Shown one piece after another: positions 28,484-38,306 of a stretch of 64,000 nt of DNA (position 1 is its first letter; each line of letters starts with the position of its first letter). The notes beneath the pieces are model-generated. The model was not told where the DNA came from. It worked only from the letters and a program-made list of their open reading frames with translations, and searched no databases. Both the position numbers and the translations under genes were made by a program. This DNA is from an uncultured Acidobacteriota bacterium (lineage in GTDB: Bacteria > Acidobacteriota > UBA6911 > RPQK01 > CBDAPI01), in NCBI GenBank assembly GCA_964565865.1, contig CAZMGM010000002.1:16828-80827 (forward strand), written 5' to 3'.

Positions 28484-29053
28484 TCAACCCTCTTTGATGA
28501 TTCTCCAGAGCGCCTTCTTGCCTTCTCCGGTGCGAGAGGAATAAGCAACGAGGCCGTCGATTCCCAGGGAGCGCTCGATCTGTCGCAACGACCGGAGTCG
28601 TTGACTCGATCTGACGCGGTCGATCTTGGTCGCAACAACCTGTGTCTGAATCTGGTAGGCATTCAGGAAGTCCTGCATGACCCTGTCCAGAGGGCCCGGA
28701 TCGTGGCGTGAGTCGACGATCAGAATCGCAAGCCTGATTCTGCCGTCTGATTTCAAGAAACCTTCGATGAGGCTCTGCCAGCCTGATCGTATCTTCCGGG
28801 GTGCCCGCGCGTAGCCATAGCCGGGCAGATCGGCAAAAATCCATTGGCTGTTGATGTTGAATATGTTGATCGTTCTCGTCCGACCCGGGACCGAACTGGT
28901 CCGGGCCAGTTTCTTATTCCCGACCAGGTTGTTGAGCAGGCTCGATTTACCCACATTGGATCGGCCAGCAAAAACAATCCTGGGAAGCTTGGGAACGTGC
29001 CCAGCCTCCATTTCCTCCGCTCTGGTTAGCGAAGTCAAAAAAGTGCACTCCAC
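28484..29053 (-). CDS. engB: Ribosome-biogenesis GTPase EngB/YsxC/YihA
   Basis: 189 aa. G1 motif FAGRSNVGKSSLLN, DLPGYGYA and ATKIDR. Confidence 0.88.
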   Translation of the reverse strand: MECTFLTSLTRAEEMEAGHVPKLPRIVFAGRSNVGKSSLLNNLVGNKKLARTSSVPGRTRTINIFNINSQWIFADLPGYGYARAPRKIRSGWQSLIEGFLKSDGRIRLAILIVDSRHDPGPLDRVMQDFLNAYQIQTQVVATKIDRVRSSQRLRSLRQIERSLGIDGLVAYSSRTGEGKKALWRIIKEG

Positions 29054-29188
29054 AGTTCCTGATCAAGGATTACGGCATAGAAATCCGAAGGTTTCAAACC
29101 GATGGTTGTTGTTATTACCTAGTGTCTGTATCGCTTTAGGGCGTTGGATGAATTCTGGTCGGCGAGAGGCGTGGCGGCTCTCTATGGA

Positions 29189-31615
29189 TCAATGATGAAT
29201 TCTTGGACGGTCACCGCCTTCGATTTTCGGTGGCAGCTTGCTTACATAGTCATCCCTGTTCCTGGCTGAGGCCGGAGAAGTCACGAGGGCGTTTTCGAGC
29301 ACTTCGTCCATTTGCTCAACAAACACGAACTCGAGATCCTCCTGCACTGACTCGGGGATGTCTTGCATGTCCTTGCGGTTTTCCTCCGGAAGCAGAACTT
29401 TCTTGATTCCGGCCCGGTGGGCAGCCAGAACTTTCTCTTTGACGCCTCCAACTGGCATTATGCGCCCCCTCAGAGTGATTTCTCCGGTCATGGCAACGTC
29501 ATGGTCGACTGGGATGCCTGTCAGGGAAGATGTCATTGCCGCGGCCAGCGTGATACCAGCAGAAGGACCATCTTTGGGAATCGCACCTTCTGGGACGTGC
29601 ACGTGGATGTCAAACGCCTTGTGGAAATCATTGCTCAAACCGTACTGCTCCGCCCGGGAGCGAACGTAGGAAAGAGCGGCCTTGGCAGATTCCTGCATCA
29701 CTTCACCAAGCTTGCCGGTCAGTAGAAGGTCGCCCTTCCCTTCCATACTGGAGCACTCCGTCATCAAGACTTCGCCGCCCATTTCGGTCCACGCCAGCCC
29801 CGTCGCTAGTCCTACTTCATCGGTTTCAGAAGCCATCTGGTTTCGGTACTTGGCCGGGCCTAGAAAGTCAGCGACCGCAGCTTTGTCAACATCGAACTCG
29901 AAAGAGGCAGTTGCTTTCGTACCACTTTCGACCACCCTGCGGGCGATCTTGCGATAGATTCGACCGATTTCACGTTCCAGGTTCCGTACTCCCGACTCAC
30001 GAGTGTACTCCTTGATGATTGCCAGAATGGACTCGTCCTTGAAGTCGATCTTGGACTTCTTTAAGCCTTTCAATTCTTTTTGCTTGGGCACCAGAAAGTT
30101 CTTGGCAATCTGTGTCTTATCGTAGTCCGTATAGCCAGACAGGTCGACGATCTCCATCCGATCCTGCAGGGGCCTCGGCACGGTGTGAAGGACGTTGCCT
30201 GTGCAAATGAACAGAACCTGCGACAAATCCAGTTCGGTGTCCAGATAGTGATCGGCGAAGGTGGCGTTGTGTTCCGGGTCGAGAACCTCCATCAGAGCCG
30301 CGGAAGGATCTCCCCGAAAATCCATACTCATTTTGTCGATCTCATCCAGGAGCATCACCGGGTTCTTGGTACCGGCCCTTTTCATCATTTGCACGATCTG
30401 GCCTGGAAGGGCTCCAATGTATGTCCTCCGGTGTCCTCGGATCTCAGCCTCATCACGGACTCCACCCAGTGACAGTCTGACGAATTTGCGCCCTGTTGCG
30501 CGGGCAATGGAGCGGCCAAGAGAGGTCTTTCCTACTCCTGGAGGCCCCACGAAGCAGAGAATCGAACCCTGGTGTTTCTTGGTGTAAAGCTGACGTACCG
30601 CCAGAAACTCAAGAATGCGTTCCTTGACATCCTGCAGTCCGTAGTGGTCGTCATGGAGAATTTTCTCGGCCTTCTTGATGTTCCGGATCTCGCGGCTTCT
30701 CTTGTTCCAGGGAAGGGCAAGCAGCCAGTCAAGATAGGTGCGACTCACCGTAGTTTCAGCGCTCAGGGGAGGCATCTGTTCGAGCCGTTTGATCTCGGCC
30801 TCCGCTTTCTGTAGAGCATCGGGCGGCAATTGCGCCGCTTCGATTCTCTCCTTGAGTTCCTCGATCTCGTCTTTGTCGCTGCGACCCAACTCTTTTTGAA
30901 TTGCCTTGATCTTTTCGTTCAGATAGTACTCCCGCTGGGCCTTTTCCATCTGTTTGCGGACCCGCCCCTGAATAGACTTGTCCATCGTGATCTTCTCGAT
31001 CTCGACCTCGATCAAATCGCAGATTCTTTCCATCCTCTCGAGGGGATCGGCAATCTCGAGCAGCGACTGTTTTTCTTCCACGGCAACCGGAAGATTCGCT
31101 GCCACGCTGTCAGCCAGGCGCTCGTCCTCCGAGTTCTGAACCGCCTGTACAACGGCTTCATAGTTGACATTCTGATCGAGCTTGGAGAACTGCTCAAACA
31201 GGTTCTGCAGCCTCTTGTTGAGAACGCTTAGCTTGGCTTCCGAGACCGCCACAACCGGCAGAGTCTTGACCTCGGCAACCAGGTAGCCCTCCTGGCTGCT
31301 CACTCGGACCGTGCGGGCCCTTTTCAAGCCCTCCACCAGGACCCGGATGTTTCCATCGGGGAGCTTCAGGCTCTGCACAATCGCAGCGACTGTTCCGACA
31401 CGAAAGATCCGGTCCGGTTGTGGATCATCTTCAGTCGCATCCATCTGGGTCGCCAGATAGATTCTTTTATCACCCTGCAGGGCCTCTTCGAGTGCCAGGA
31501 CAGACGAAGGCCGTCCGATGACAAATGGCACCATCATGTGCGGAAAGACCACTACATCCCGAATCGGCACCATCGGGCAGATGTATTTAGTTTGTTCGTC
31601 CTGGGTCTTGTCCAT
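29189..31615 (-). CDS. lon: ATP-dependent Lon protease
   Basis: 808 aa. LON N-domain, AAA+ Walker [12 protein letters not shown], and a protease domain with [12 protein letters not shown]. Confidence 0.95.
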   Translation of the reverse strand: MDKTQDEQTKYICPMVPIRDVVVFPHMMVPFVIGRPSSVLALEEALQGDKRIYLATQMDATEDDPQPDRIFRVGTVAAIVQSLKLPDGNIRVLVEGLKRARTVRVSSQEGYLVAEVKTLPVVAVSEAKLSVLNKRLQNLFEQFSKLDQNVNYEAVVQAVQNSEDERLADSVAANLPVAVEEKQSLLEIADPLERMERICDLIEVEIEKITMDKSIQGRVRKQMEKAQREYYLNEKIKAIQKELGRSDKDEIEELKERIEAAQLPPDALQKAEAEIKRLEQMPPLSAETTVSRTYLDWLLALPWNKRSREIRNIKKAEKILHDDHYGLQDVKERILEFLAVRQLYTKKHQGSILCFVGPPGVGKTSLGRSIARATGRKFVRLSLGGVRDEAEIRGHRRTYIGALPGQIVQMMKRAGTKNPVMLLDEIDKMSMDFRGDPSAALMEVLDPEHNATFADHYLDTELDLSQVLFICTGNVLHTVPRPLQDRMEIVDLSGYTDYDKTQIAKNFLVPKQKELKGLKKSKIDFKDESILAIIKEYTRESGVRNLEREIGRIYRKIARRVVESGTKATASFEFDVDKAAVADFLGPAKYRNQMASETDEVGLATGLAWTEMGGEVLMTECSSMEGKGDLLLTGKLGEVMQESAKAALSYVRSRAEQYGLSNDFHKAFDIHVHVPEGAIPKDGPSAGITLAAAMTSSLTGIPVDHDVAMTGEITLRGRIMPVGGVKEKVLAAHRAGIKKVLLPEENRKDMQDIPESVQEDLEFVFVEQMDEVLENALVTSPASARNRDDYVSKLPPKIEGGDRPRIHH

Positions 31616-31763
31616 TCCGACTCAACGCCCCCCTGTACTGTTTCAACTGATAACTTAGACTTCGATCGCACACAACCGTTTCAAAAATCTTGCTGCCATG
31701 AGTTTCTACGGTGGAAGTCTTGAACTCAGAAAGAGCGAATAGGCAAGAGATGTAATTCGGGGA

Positions 31764-33005
31764 TTACCCGGCCTTTTCCAAGAGCTTGAAAACAACCTCC
31801 TTGTTCTCAACCATCTCTCGAGTGACTACGAACTCCTTGACGCCCTTCGAACTCGGCAGCTCGTACATCAAATCTAACATAAGATCTTCAGTAATCAGGC
31901 GCAAGCCACGTGCTCCGATTTTCCGTTCCATGGCCAGCCCCGCAATTGCCTCCAGGGCATCGTCAGTGAATTTAAGGGCAACGTTCTCAAACTCGAACAT
32001 CCGTTGGTACTGCTTGGTCAGGGCATTGGCCGGCTTGGTCAGGATCTCCACCAGTGCTCCCTTGTCGAGATGATGAAGCGTGCATACGACAGGCAGCCGT
32101 CCAACGAACTCAGGAATCAGTCCATATTTGATGAGATCTTCCGGAAGGACGTGAGACAACAGGTCGGACTTTATCGCCTTTAGCCAGCGGCTCTCAGACT
32201 TACGGGATCTGAACCCCAGCGTAGAACGTCCCAGGCGCTTTCGAATGCCTTTGTCGAGACCTATAAAGGCTCCGCCGCAGACAAAGAGAATATTGGTAGT
32301 GTCAATCTGAACGAACTCCTGGTGGGGATGCTTGCGGCCACCTTGAGGGGGGACGTTGGCCACTGTTCCCTCCAGGATTTTGAGCAGTGCCTGTTGTACT
32401 CCCTCACCTGAGACATCCCGGGTAATGGACGGATTCTCATCCTTTCGAGAGATCTTATCGATCTCATCGATGTAGATGATGCCCTGCATGCACCGGTCTC
32501 GCTCGCCACCGGCTGCCTGCAGGAGCTTGAGAATGATGTTTTCCACATCTTCCCCCACGTAGCCTGCTTCGGTGAGGGTTGTTGCGTCGACAATGGCAAA
32601 GGGAACGGAGAGCATTCTGGCGAGCGTCTGCGCCAACAGCGTCTTCCCCGTTCCAGTGGGACCAATCAGCAAAACATTGCTTTTCGCCAGCTCCACGTCT
32701 TGATGGCGGCGAGCCCCCATTCTAAGTCGCTTGTAGTGGTTATAAACGGCGACCGCCAGCTTTCTCTTGGCCAGCTTCTGACCGATCACGTACTGGTCGA
32801 GAAACTCTCTAATCTCTGCAGGTTTGGGAAGTTTTTCCTGCAAGCCCGACGCTTCCGAAGCGAGATCATCCGAGATGATCTCATTGCACACGTCGACGCA
32901 TTCATCGCAGATGAAAACAGTGGGCCCGGCTATGAGCTTCTTTACGTCATTCTGGCTCTTGTTACAGAAGGAGCAACGAAGAACCTCTTCAGTCTCTTTT
33001 TTCAC
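31764..33005 (-). CDS. clpX: ATP-dependent Clp protease ATP-binding subunit ClpX
   Basis: 413 aa. N-terminal zinc finger CSFCNKSQ...ICDECV, Walker A GPTGTGKT, and IYIDEIDKI. Confidence 0.95.
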   Translation of the reverse strand: MKKETEEVLRCSFCNKSQNDVKKLIAGPTVFICDECVDVCNEIISDDLASEASGLQEKLPKPAEIREFLDQYVIGQKLAKRKLAVAVYNHYKRLRMGARRHQDVELAKSNVLLIGPTGTGKTLLAQTLARMLSVPFAIVDATTLTEAGYVGEDVENIILKLLQAAGGERDRCMQGIIYIDEIDKISRKDENPSITRDVSGEGVQQALLKILEGTVANVPPQGGRKHPHQEFVQIDTTNILFVCGGAFIGLDKGIRKRLGRSTLGFRSRKSESRWLKAIKSDLLSHVLPEDLIKYGLIPEFVGRLPVVCTLHHLDKGALVEILTKPANALTKQYQRMFEFENVALKFTDDALEAIAGLAMERKIGARGLRLITEDLMLDLMYELPSSKGVKEFVVTREMVENKEVVFKLLEKAG

Positions 33006-33121
33006 TCAGAATTACCCCTGTCCGCTCAAGCACGCCCACTATCGAGCCCAAGCTTTGGCTGCCGCCCCCCAGGATACGGGATCAACCCTGGAACTGAAGA
33101 AAACAAGCAGGGACCGATCAC

Positions 33122-33709
33122 CTATGTGTGCTTCTCGATGATCAGGTCGATAATACCATACTCCTTGGCCTGTTCCGCGTTCATGATGTAGTCACGCTCG
33201 ACGTCTTGTTCAATCTTTTCGAGGTCCTGCTGGGTATGTCTGGAAAGGATCAGATTCGTCATTTCACGCATCCGAAGAATTTCTTTGGCATGGATATCAA
33301 TGTCTGTAGCCTGCCCGGACAGTCCAGCTATGGCTGGCTGGTGAATCAGGATCCGGCTGTTGGGTAAAGCAAATCGCTTACCGGAGGTTCCTGCGGCCAG
33401 AAGCAGAGCGCCCATGGAAGCTGCCTGGCCTATGCAAATGGTCGTCACATCGTTCTTGACGAACTGCACGGTATCGTAAATCGCCAGCCCGGCAGTAATG
33501 GATCCTCCAGGGGAATTGATGTACAGCGAAATATCCCGATCCGGGTCTTCAGCCTCTAGAAACAACAGTTGAGCAGTCACCAGATTGGCAACGTTGTCAT
33601 CAATCGGAGTTCCTAGAAAGATGATGTTGTCCTTCAGAAGCCGCGAGTAGATGTCGAAGGCACGTTCTCCTCGGTTGGTCTGTTCGACAACCATTGGAAT
33701 CAATGTCAT
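33122..33709 (-). CDS. clpP: ATP-dependent Clp protease proteolytic subunit ClpP
   Basis: 195 aa. Contains [23 protein letters not shown] (catalytic Ser) and LIHQP. Confidence 0.95.
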   Translation of the reverse strand: MTLIPMVVEQTNRGERAFDIYSRLLKDNIIFLGTPIDDNVANLVTAQLLFLEAEDPDRDISLYINSPGGSITAGLAIYDTVQFVKNDVTTICIGQAASMGALLLAAGTSGKRFALPNSRILIHQPAIAGLSGQATDIDIHAKEILRMREMTNLILSRHTQQDLEKIEQDVERDYIMNAEQAKEYGIIDLIIEKHT

Positions 33710-33779
33710 TGTTTCACCTCTCCAGAGACGCGGCGCAGCTCGGTGTCTGTTCGCCGAAGATCTCGATCAGCATTTTGGA

Positions 33780-35081
33780 TTATCCCTCGACGGTCCCTTT
33801 TTCGACGAGGATGCCGATCACTTTTTTTCGTTTCAATGTTTCGAGCAGTTCCTCACGACGCTCCTTCTCGGCAAAGTGGTGCCTGACTTTGTTGAGGCTC
33901 TGATCAGTTGACTCCGCCAGCCTCTCGATCTCGAGATCGACTTCCACATCCGTGACTGCGATTTCTTCTTGGCTGGCCACTGCTTCGAGTACAAAGTGGG
34001 CTTGGACCTCTTTCTGCGCAGAAGAACGGAACTCATTCCTCATCTTGGGCCAGTCCAATCCTGCCTTGGCCGGATCCACTCCGCGCGACGCCAGCCTGAA
34101 AGCAAAGTCGCGCAGTTTACTGTCCACGGCTTCCTCGACCAGGACCTCCGGGACGTCAAACGATGTGAGATTGACAAGGGCCTCGACAGTCTTGTTTCGT
34201 ATCGCTTCCTCCCGGGCAGTCTCTGCGTACTGCGAAATCTCCTCGAGGAGACTCCTTCTGAGCGCTTCCAGGTTCTCAAAGTCACCGATACCCCTGGAAA
34301 AATCGTCGTCCAAAGTAGGAACCTGCTTGTCTTTGATCTGGTTGACCCGGACCGTGAACTCGACCCGCTGTCCCGCAAGCTTTCGTTCTGGATAGTCCTC
34401 CGGATAGGAAACCTGAAAAACTTTTTCTTCACCTGCGCGCAGGCCCAGCAGCGCTCTGGTGAAAGCTTCGTATGTCTGCTCGCCGCCAACTTCCAGAACC
34501 ACGTTCTCATCCTCTATAGGATCGAGACCGACGAGAGGCAACCCTTCTTCGGAAACAAACCTCCCGTGGAGATCAATGACCGCATAGTCACCCAGATCGA
34601 TTCCGCGATCCTCAATGGTCGCCAGCGTCGAGTGTTGCTCGAGGAGGGCATCGAGTCGTTTTTCCAACAATTCTTCAGGATCCGGCGGCGGATCGAGGCT
34701 CGCTTGAAGACCCTCGTAATTGGGCAGCTCGAAAACGGGTGGTACTTCAAACTTGGCCACATATTTGAGCGGTTGTCCCTCTTCGAAGTCGAGTTCTTCA
34801 ACGCTCGGAGAACGAACCGGGGCGACGTCCTTGTCCTGAATCGCCTGGTGATAGGATTCAGGAACCAGGCGTTTAATAACCTCTTCGCGGATATCTTTCC
34901 CAAATCTGCGTTTCACCAATCCAAAGGGTGCCCGGCCCTTTCGAAAGCCCGGTAGGCTGGCCTGTTGCCTGAACTCGTTCGCTATACGGTTGAACTCCTC
35001 GGAGGTCACCTGGGCGGAGACTTCTATAGAGATCTTCTTCTTAACTCCGCCGAGGTCTTCGAGAAGCGACTGAATCTCCAT
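33780..35081 (-). CDS. tig: Trigger factor
   Basis: Contains the ribosome-binding signature GFRKGRAP, a central FKBP-like PPIase region and a C-terminal helical arm. The track ORF starts at TTG 35090; ATG 35081 (MEIQSLLEDLGG) is preferred. Confidence 0.9.
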   Translation of the reverse strand: MEIQSLLEDLGGVKKKISIEVSAQVTSEEFNRIANEFRQQASLPGFRKGRAPFGLVKRRFGKDIREEVIKRLVPESYHQAIQDKDVAPVRSPSVEELDFEEGQPLKYVAKFEVPPVFELPNYEGLQASLDPPPDPEELLEKRLDALLEQHSTLATIEDRGIDLGDYAVIDLHGRFVSEEGLPLVGLDPIEDENVVLEVGGEQTYEAFTRALLGLRAGEEKVFQVSYPEDYPERKLAGQRVEFTVRVNQIKDKQVPTLDDDFSRGIGDFENLEALRRSLLEEISQYAETAREEAIRNKTVEALVNLTSFDVPEVLVEEAVDSKLRDFAFRLASRGVDPAKAGLDWPKMRNEFRSSAQKEVQAHFVLEAVASQEEIAVTDVEVDLEIERLAESTDQSLNKVRHHFAEKERREELLETLKRKKVIGILVEKGTVEG

Positions 35082-35154
35082 AACTCCCAATCTCTTAACG
35101 CAAGCGTACGCTCTATATTATGATGATCCAAGACGGCTTGCGTGGCAAAAACTT

Positions 35155-35373
35155 GTGGATTATAGTCCTGGCTATATGCGTCGACAAGCACCGCTGGCCT
35201 GGAAACTCAAGTCCGAAGCGTTTGAACGGCTGGTAAAGAAATACCGGAGCCTTGAGAACCACGACGGCTTCTACTCTCGAAACTGGCTCGAGCTCACCGA
35301 ATTTCTCGAAGCGGAGCTGAAAGAACTGAAATGGGTTCTTCTGTCTGATGGGGAATCGCCGGAACCTTCTTAA
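35155..35373 (+). CDS. Hypothetical small protein (72 aa; possibly starts at ATG 35176)
   Basis: The only ORF in the tig/cysQ-like gap. Charged, helix-like composition (FERLVKKYRSLENHDGFYSRNWLELTEFLEAELKELKW) and GC-rich third codon positions. No family recognised. Confidence 0.4.
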   Translation: MDYSPGYMRRQAPLAWKLKSEAFERLVKKYRSLENHDGFYSRNWLELTEFLEAELKELKWVLLSDGESPEPS

Positions 35374-35404
35374 TGGTGCTGGTGGTCTTACGAAAAAGGT
35401 CTAC

Positions 35405-36460
35405 TCACCCCCCTAGTTTTCGGACAACCGACAGAGCCATCTCGTGAAGCATCCCATTGGAGGCAACGATTCCCCGATTGCGAGCCAGGGTAGAACCCCG
35501 AGAAAAATCCAAGTCCTTTCCATCTAGATCTGTAACCTTCCCTCCGGCCTCCTCCACCACTAAAGATCCAGCCGCGTGATCCCAGATCCTCTCCTTGTAG
35601 TTACGTCGCGCGGAGGAGATCAGGCGAAGCATTAACTCGCCCCGACCGGAGGCCAGGAGACCATACTTGGCCTGACTGTCCATCAGTACCGGTTCTACCC
35701 TAGATCCCAGTTGATGAAGGACCTGTTCGAAAAGCGTAGTATTTGTGTGACCAGCCTCCACGGAGCGAACCAGCCTCGCCTGTACGGGGTCAGAAAGAGC
35801 AGACACCCGGAGTGACTGGAAATCCCTTGCCCCCTGCAGAGACCGAGCCCAGGAGCCATGGCCCCGAACAGCCACGAAGAGAGCTCCCAGTCGGGCTGAT
35901 GGGTTGCCGGGAAACGGCAGGTTCGGACAGGCAAGAACACCAATCCGAACCTGGCCGGCTTCGATGTGGGCCAGTGCTGTGGCATATTGCTCCTGTCTCA
36001 GGAACCCCTTCGTTCCGTCAATGGGGTCGAGGGTCCAGTATCGTCCCCGGGGTGTACTTGATCCTCGGTCAATCCATTGACAGACAGACTCGGGATCGGC
36101 AGGCAGGCCCGCCTCGGAGAGGAACTCGGTCACCTGCTCCAAGGTCGTCTCGCCTTCCTCACACTGGAGCAATCGTGAGTCCTCCTCAGCGACCAGAGCG
36201 TCTTCGCCGGGTTGCTGCTGCTGGAGCAACCAACCAACCAAGCCCTGGATTGCGAAATCAGCCACTGTGACAGGTGACCGGTCTTTCTTCGACAGAGCTG
36301 GTTCTGTCAGGCGCTTCTGAATGCTTTGGGCCAGAATTCCGGCTCGCTCTGCCACGTCGATGGCGAACTGTACTTCAGGAGGCACCTCGTTGAGATTCAT
36401 CGTGCCCATTCTAGCAGTCTGCGGTGGGAGTCGCGCATGGTCGCCCGCGACTTTTACCAT
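35405..36460 (-). CDS. Inositol-monophosphatase-superfamily 3'(2'),5'-bisphosphate nucleotidase (CysQ/HAL2-like)
   Basis: Contains WTLDPIDGTKGF and WDHAAG motifs. The true start may be an internal ATG at 36409 or 36400 (MNLNEVPPEVQFAIDVAERAG). Confidence 0.8.
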   Translation of the reverse strand: MVKVAGDHARLPPQTARMGTMNLNEVPPEVQFAIDVAERAGILAQSIQKRLTEPALSKKDRSPVTVADFAIQGLVGWLLQQQQPGEDALVAEEDSRLLQCEEGETTLEQVTEFLSEAGLPADPESVCQWIDRGSSTPRGRYWTLDPIDGTKGFLRQEQYATALAHIEAGQVRIGVLACPNLPFPGNPSARLGALFVAVRGHGSWARSLQGARDFQSLRVSALSDPVQARLVRSVEAGHTNTTLFEQVLHQLGSRVEPVLMDSQAKYGLLASGRGELMLRLISSARRNYKERIWDHAAGSLVVEEAGGKVTDLDGKDLDFSRGSTLARNRGIVASNGMLHEMALSVVRKLGG

Positions 36461-36601
36461 GGAGTGCTAGACGCGGAGGGCCGCGTCTTCCCAGTGCGAG
36501 GAGGTTAAAGGAGACGTGGGCTGGAGTACATCTGTGCGGGAGAGACGGTCGGAACACATCTTGCAAGCCCTGGAACAGGAGCCCTCAACGCTCGCAGCCA
36601 G

Positions 36602-37618
36602 CTAAAGCACTTTCTCAGCGATCTGAACGGCATTCAGAGCTGCCCCTTTTCTCAGCTGATCGCCGGCCAGAAACAGGGCCAGCCCCCTGCCGTCTGAGCG
36701 AGAGAGATCCTGTCGGAGTCGCCCAACCAGAACAGCGTCGCCATGACTGGCCAGAAGAGGTTCCGGATGCCGATTCTTCTCTCGATCATCCAACAGTTCT
36801 ACTCCCTCTGCCCGTGCCAGGGTCAACCGGGCTTCCTCGACGGAAAGAGAATTCTCAAACGTGAGATAGACCGCTTCGCAGTGTGCTCGAAAGACAGGAA
36901 CCCGCACACAAGTAGCCGCGATCTGCAGGGTATCGTCACCGAGAATCTTGTGTGTTTCCTCGGCCATCTTAAGCTCTTCGGTGTTGTAACCGGACTCTAT
37001 ATCCATCTTCGACTCATGACAAAAGACGTTGAAGATGTACTGCCGATCGAAGAATTCCTGGGTGATGGGATCTCCTGCAATCCAGTCACGCGCCTGCTGC
37101 TCCAGCTCGGCCATCGCAGTGGCTCCGGCTCCCGAAGCTGCCTGATATGTGCTGACTATAATTCGCCTGATCCTAGCCTGTTGATGAAGAGGCCAGATTG
37201 CAACGCACAGCAGGATCGTTGAGCAGTTGGGAACGGAAATAAGCCCTGAATGGTCAGCCAGATGGTGCGGATTCACTTCGGGTACTATCAGAGGAGTTCC
37301 TGGATCCATCCGAAAAGCGGAGGAGTTGTCCACGACCAGACAGCCCCGTGAGGTGGCAACCGGAGCGAATTTCCGACTGGTGGAAGCGCCCGCTGAAAAA
37401 AAAGCAATATCGACTCCTTCAAAGGAGTTCTCAGTCAGCACCTCAACTTCATAAGTCTTGCCCTCAAAAACAACTTTCGTCCCCGCCGATCGATGGCTGG
37501 CCAACAGGCGCAGACCGCTCATCGGGAACTGGCGCTGGGACAGGACTTTTATGATCTCTCGGCCCACCACTCCAGTTGCTCCGGCTATTGCGACAAAAGG
37601 TTCTTCCGACATGCTCAT
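36602..37618 (-). CDS. asd: Aspartate-semialdehyde dehydrogenase
   Basis: 338 aa. Contains VAIAGATGVVG, the active-site region VPNCSTI, and the C-terminal QLRKGAALNAVQIAE. Confidence 0.92.
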   Translation of the reverse strand: MSMSEEPFVAIAGATGVVGREIIKVLSQRQFPMSGLRLLASHRSAGTKVVFEGKTYEVEVLTENSFEGVDIAFFSAGASTSRKFAPVATSRGCLVVDNSSAFRMDPGTPLIVPEVNPHHLADHSGLISVPNCSTILLCVAIWPLHQQARIRRIIVSTYQAASGAGATAMAELEQQARDWIAGDPITQEFFDRQYIFNVFCHESKMDIESGYNTEELKMAEETHKILGDDTLQIAATCVRVPVFRAHCEAVYLTFENSLSVEEARLTLARAEGVELLDDREKNRHPEPLLASHGDAVLVGRLRQDLSRSDGRGLALFLAGDQLRKGAALNAVQIAEKVL

Positions 37619-37815
37619 GGGCTCGGTTGAAGTATTTCTAGTCTCATGCCATAAGAATGTGTGGGCCTAGCAGCCTGTGGTGGAAGAGACTGAAGCCAGA
37701 CTTTTCTGGGGCCTCTTGAAGTTGAGAAAAAGGGTCCTTCCCCTCCCCACTTTCTGGATGTCGAAGTCCAGGGCCCGACCTGGTCGTTGTCATAGCTGAA
37801 GTACCACTGTGCCAT
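37615..37815 (-). CDS. Possible small GYF_2 (DUF4339)-like protein
   Basis: MAQWYFSYDNDQVGPW resembles the start of the GYF_2 domain (WYY..g.q.GP). AGGA lies 8 nt upstream of ATG 37815. The C-terminal half is poorly domain-like, so this may be degenerate or spurious. Confidence 0.3.
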   Translation of the reverse strand: MAQWYFSYDNDQVGPWTSTSRKWGGEGPFFSTSRGPRKVWLQSLPPQAARPTHSYGMRLEILQPSP

Positions 37816-37958
37816 ATCTGGAATCCTCTCAGACGATTTCAATCCAGATGGGTGCAAATGTCCTACGCGATGGCAGGAGGAAAGATCGAATGCTGACCAG
37901 TGCGGTTCCAGACTTCAAATTTCGACAACTCGAAACCAACGGAACCGGCCAAAGATGC

Positions 37959-38285
37959 TCAGGCTACTTCGTCAATCTTGGCAGCCAGAATGAAGTCGCT
38001 CTCTGTCAGGCCGTCGATCTTGTGAGTCCAGATCTTGACTCCGGCCTTTCCCCAGCTCAGGAAAATATCGGGGTGATGACCTTGTTGCTCAGCAATTTCC
38101 CCAGCCTCGTTTACGAAATTGAGTGCAGTCCGAAAATCGGGGAAGAGGTATTCCTTTTCCAGATGATGTTCATCAACTACGCTCCATCCCATAACCTGGG
38201 CCAGAAGGGATCCAATTTCCTTTCCCCGAAGGGGAGGCACTCCCCCTCGGCAGGGAACGCAATTCTTTCCGCTTAGATGAGACAT
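37959..38285 (-). CDS. Pterin-4-alpha-carbinolamine dehydratase (PCD/DCoH family)
   Basis: 108 aa. Contains EAGEIAEQQGHHPDIFLSWGKAGVKIWTHKIDGLTESDFILAAKID, the PCD HHP signature. It lies 21 nt downstream of the radical SAM gene. Confidence 0.88.
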   Translation of the reverse strand: MSHLSGKNCVPCRGGVPPLRGKEIGSLLAQVMGWSVVDEHHLEKEYLFPDFRTALNFVNEAGEIAEQQGHHPDIFLSWGKAGVKIWTHKIDGLTESDFILAAKIDEVA

Positions 38286-38306
38286 CTTGTCAAGCGAACG
38301 GACGAG

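Noticed and set aside
33969-34955. 328-aa plus-strand ORF
   Set aside because: It is antisense to trigger factor (tig). It has no recognisable motifs and is a shadow frame of a well-supported gene.
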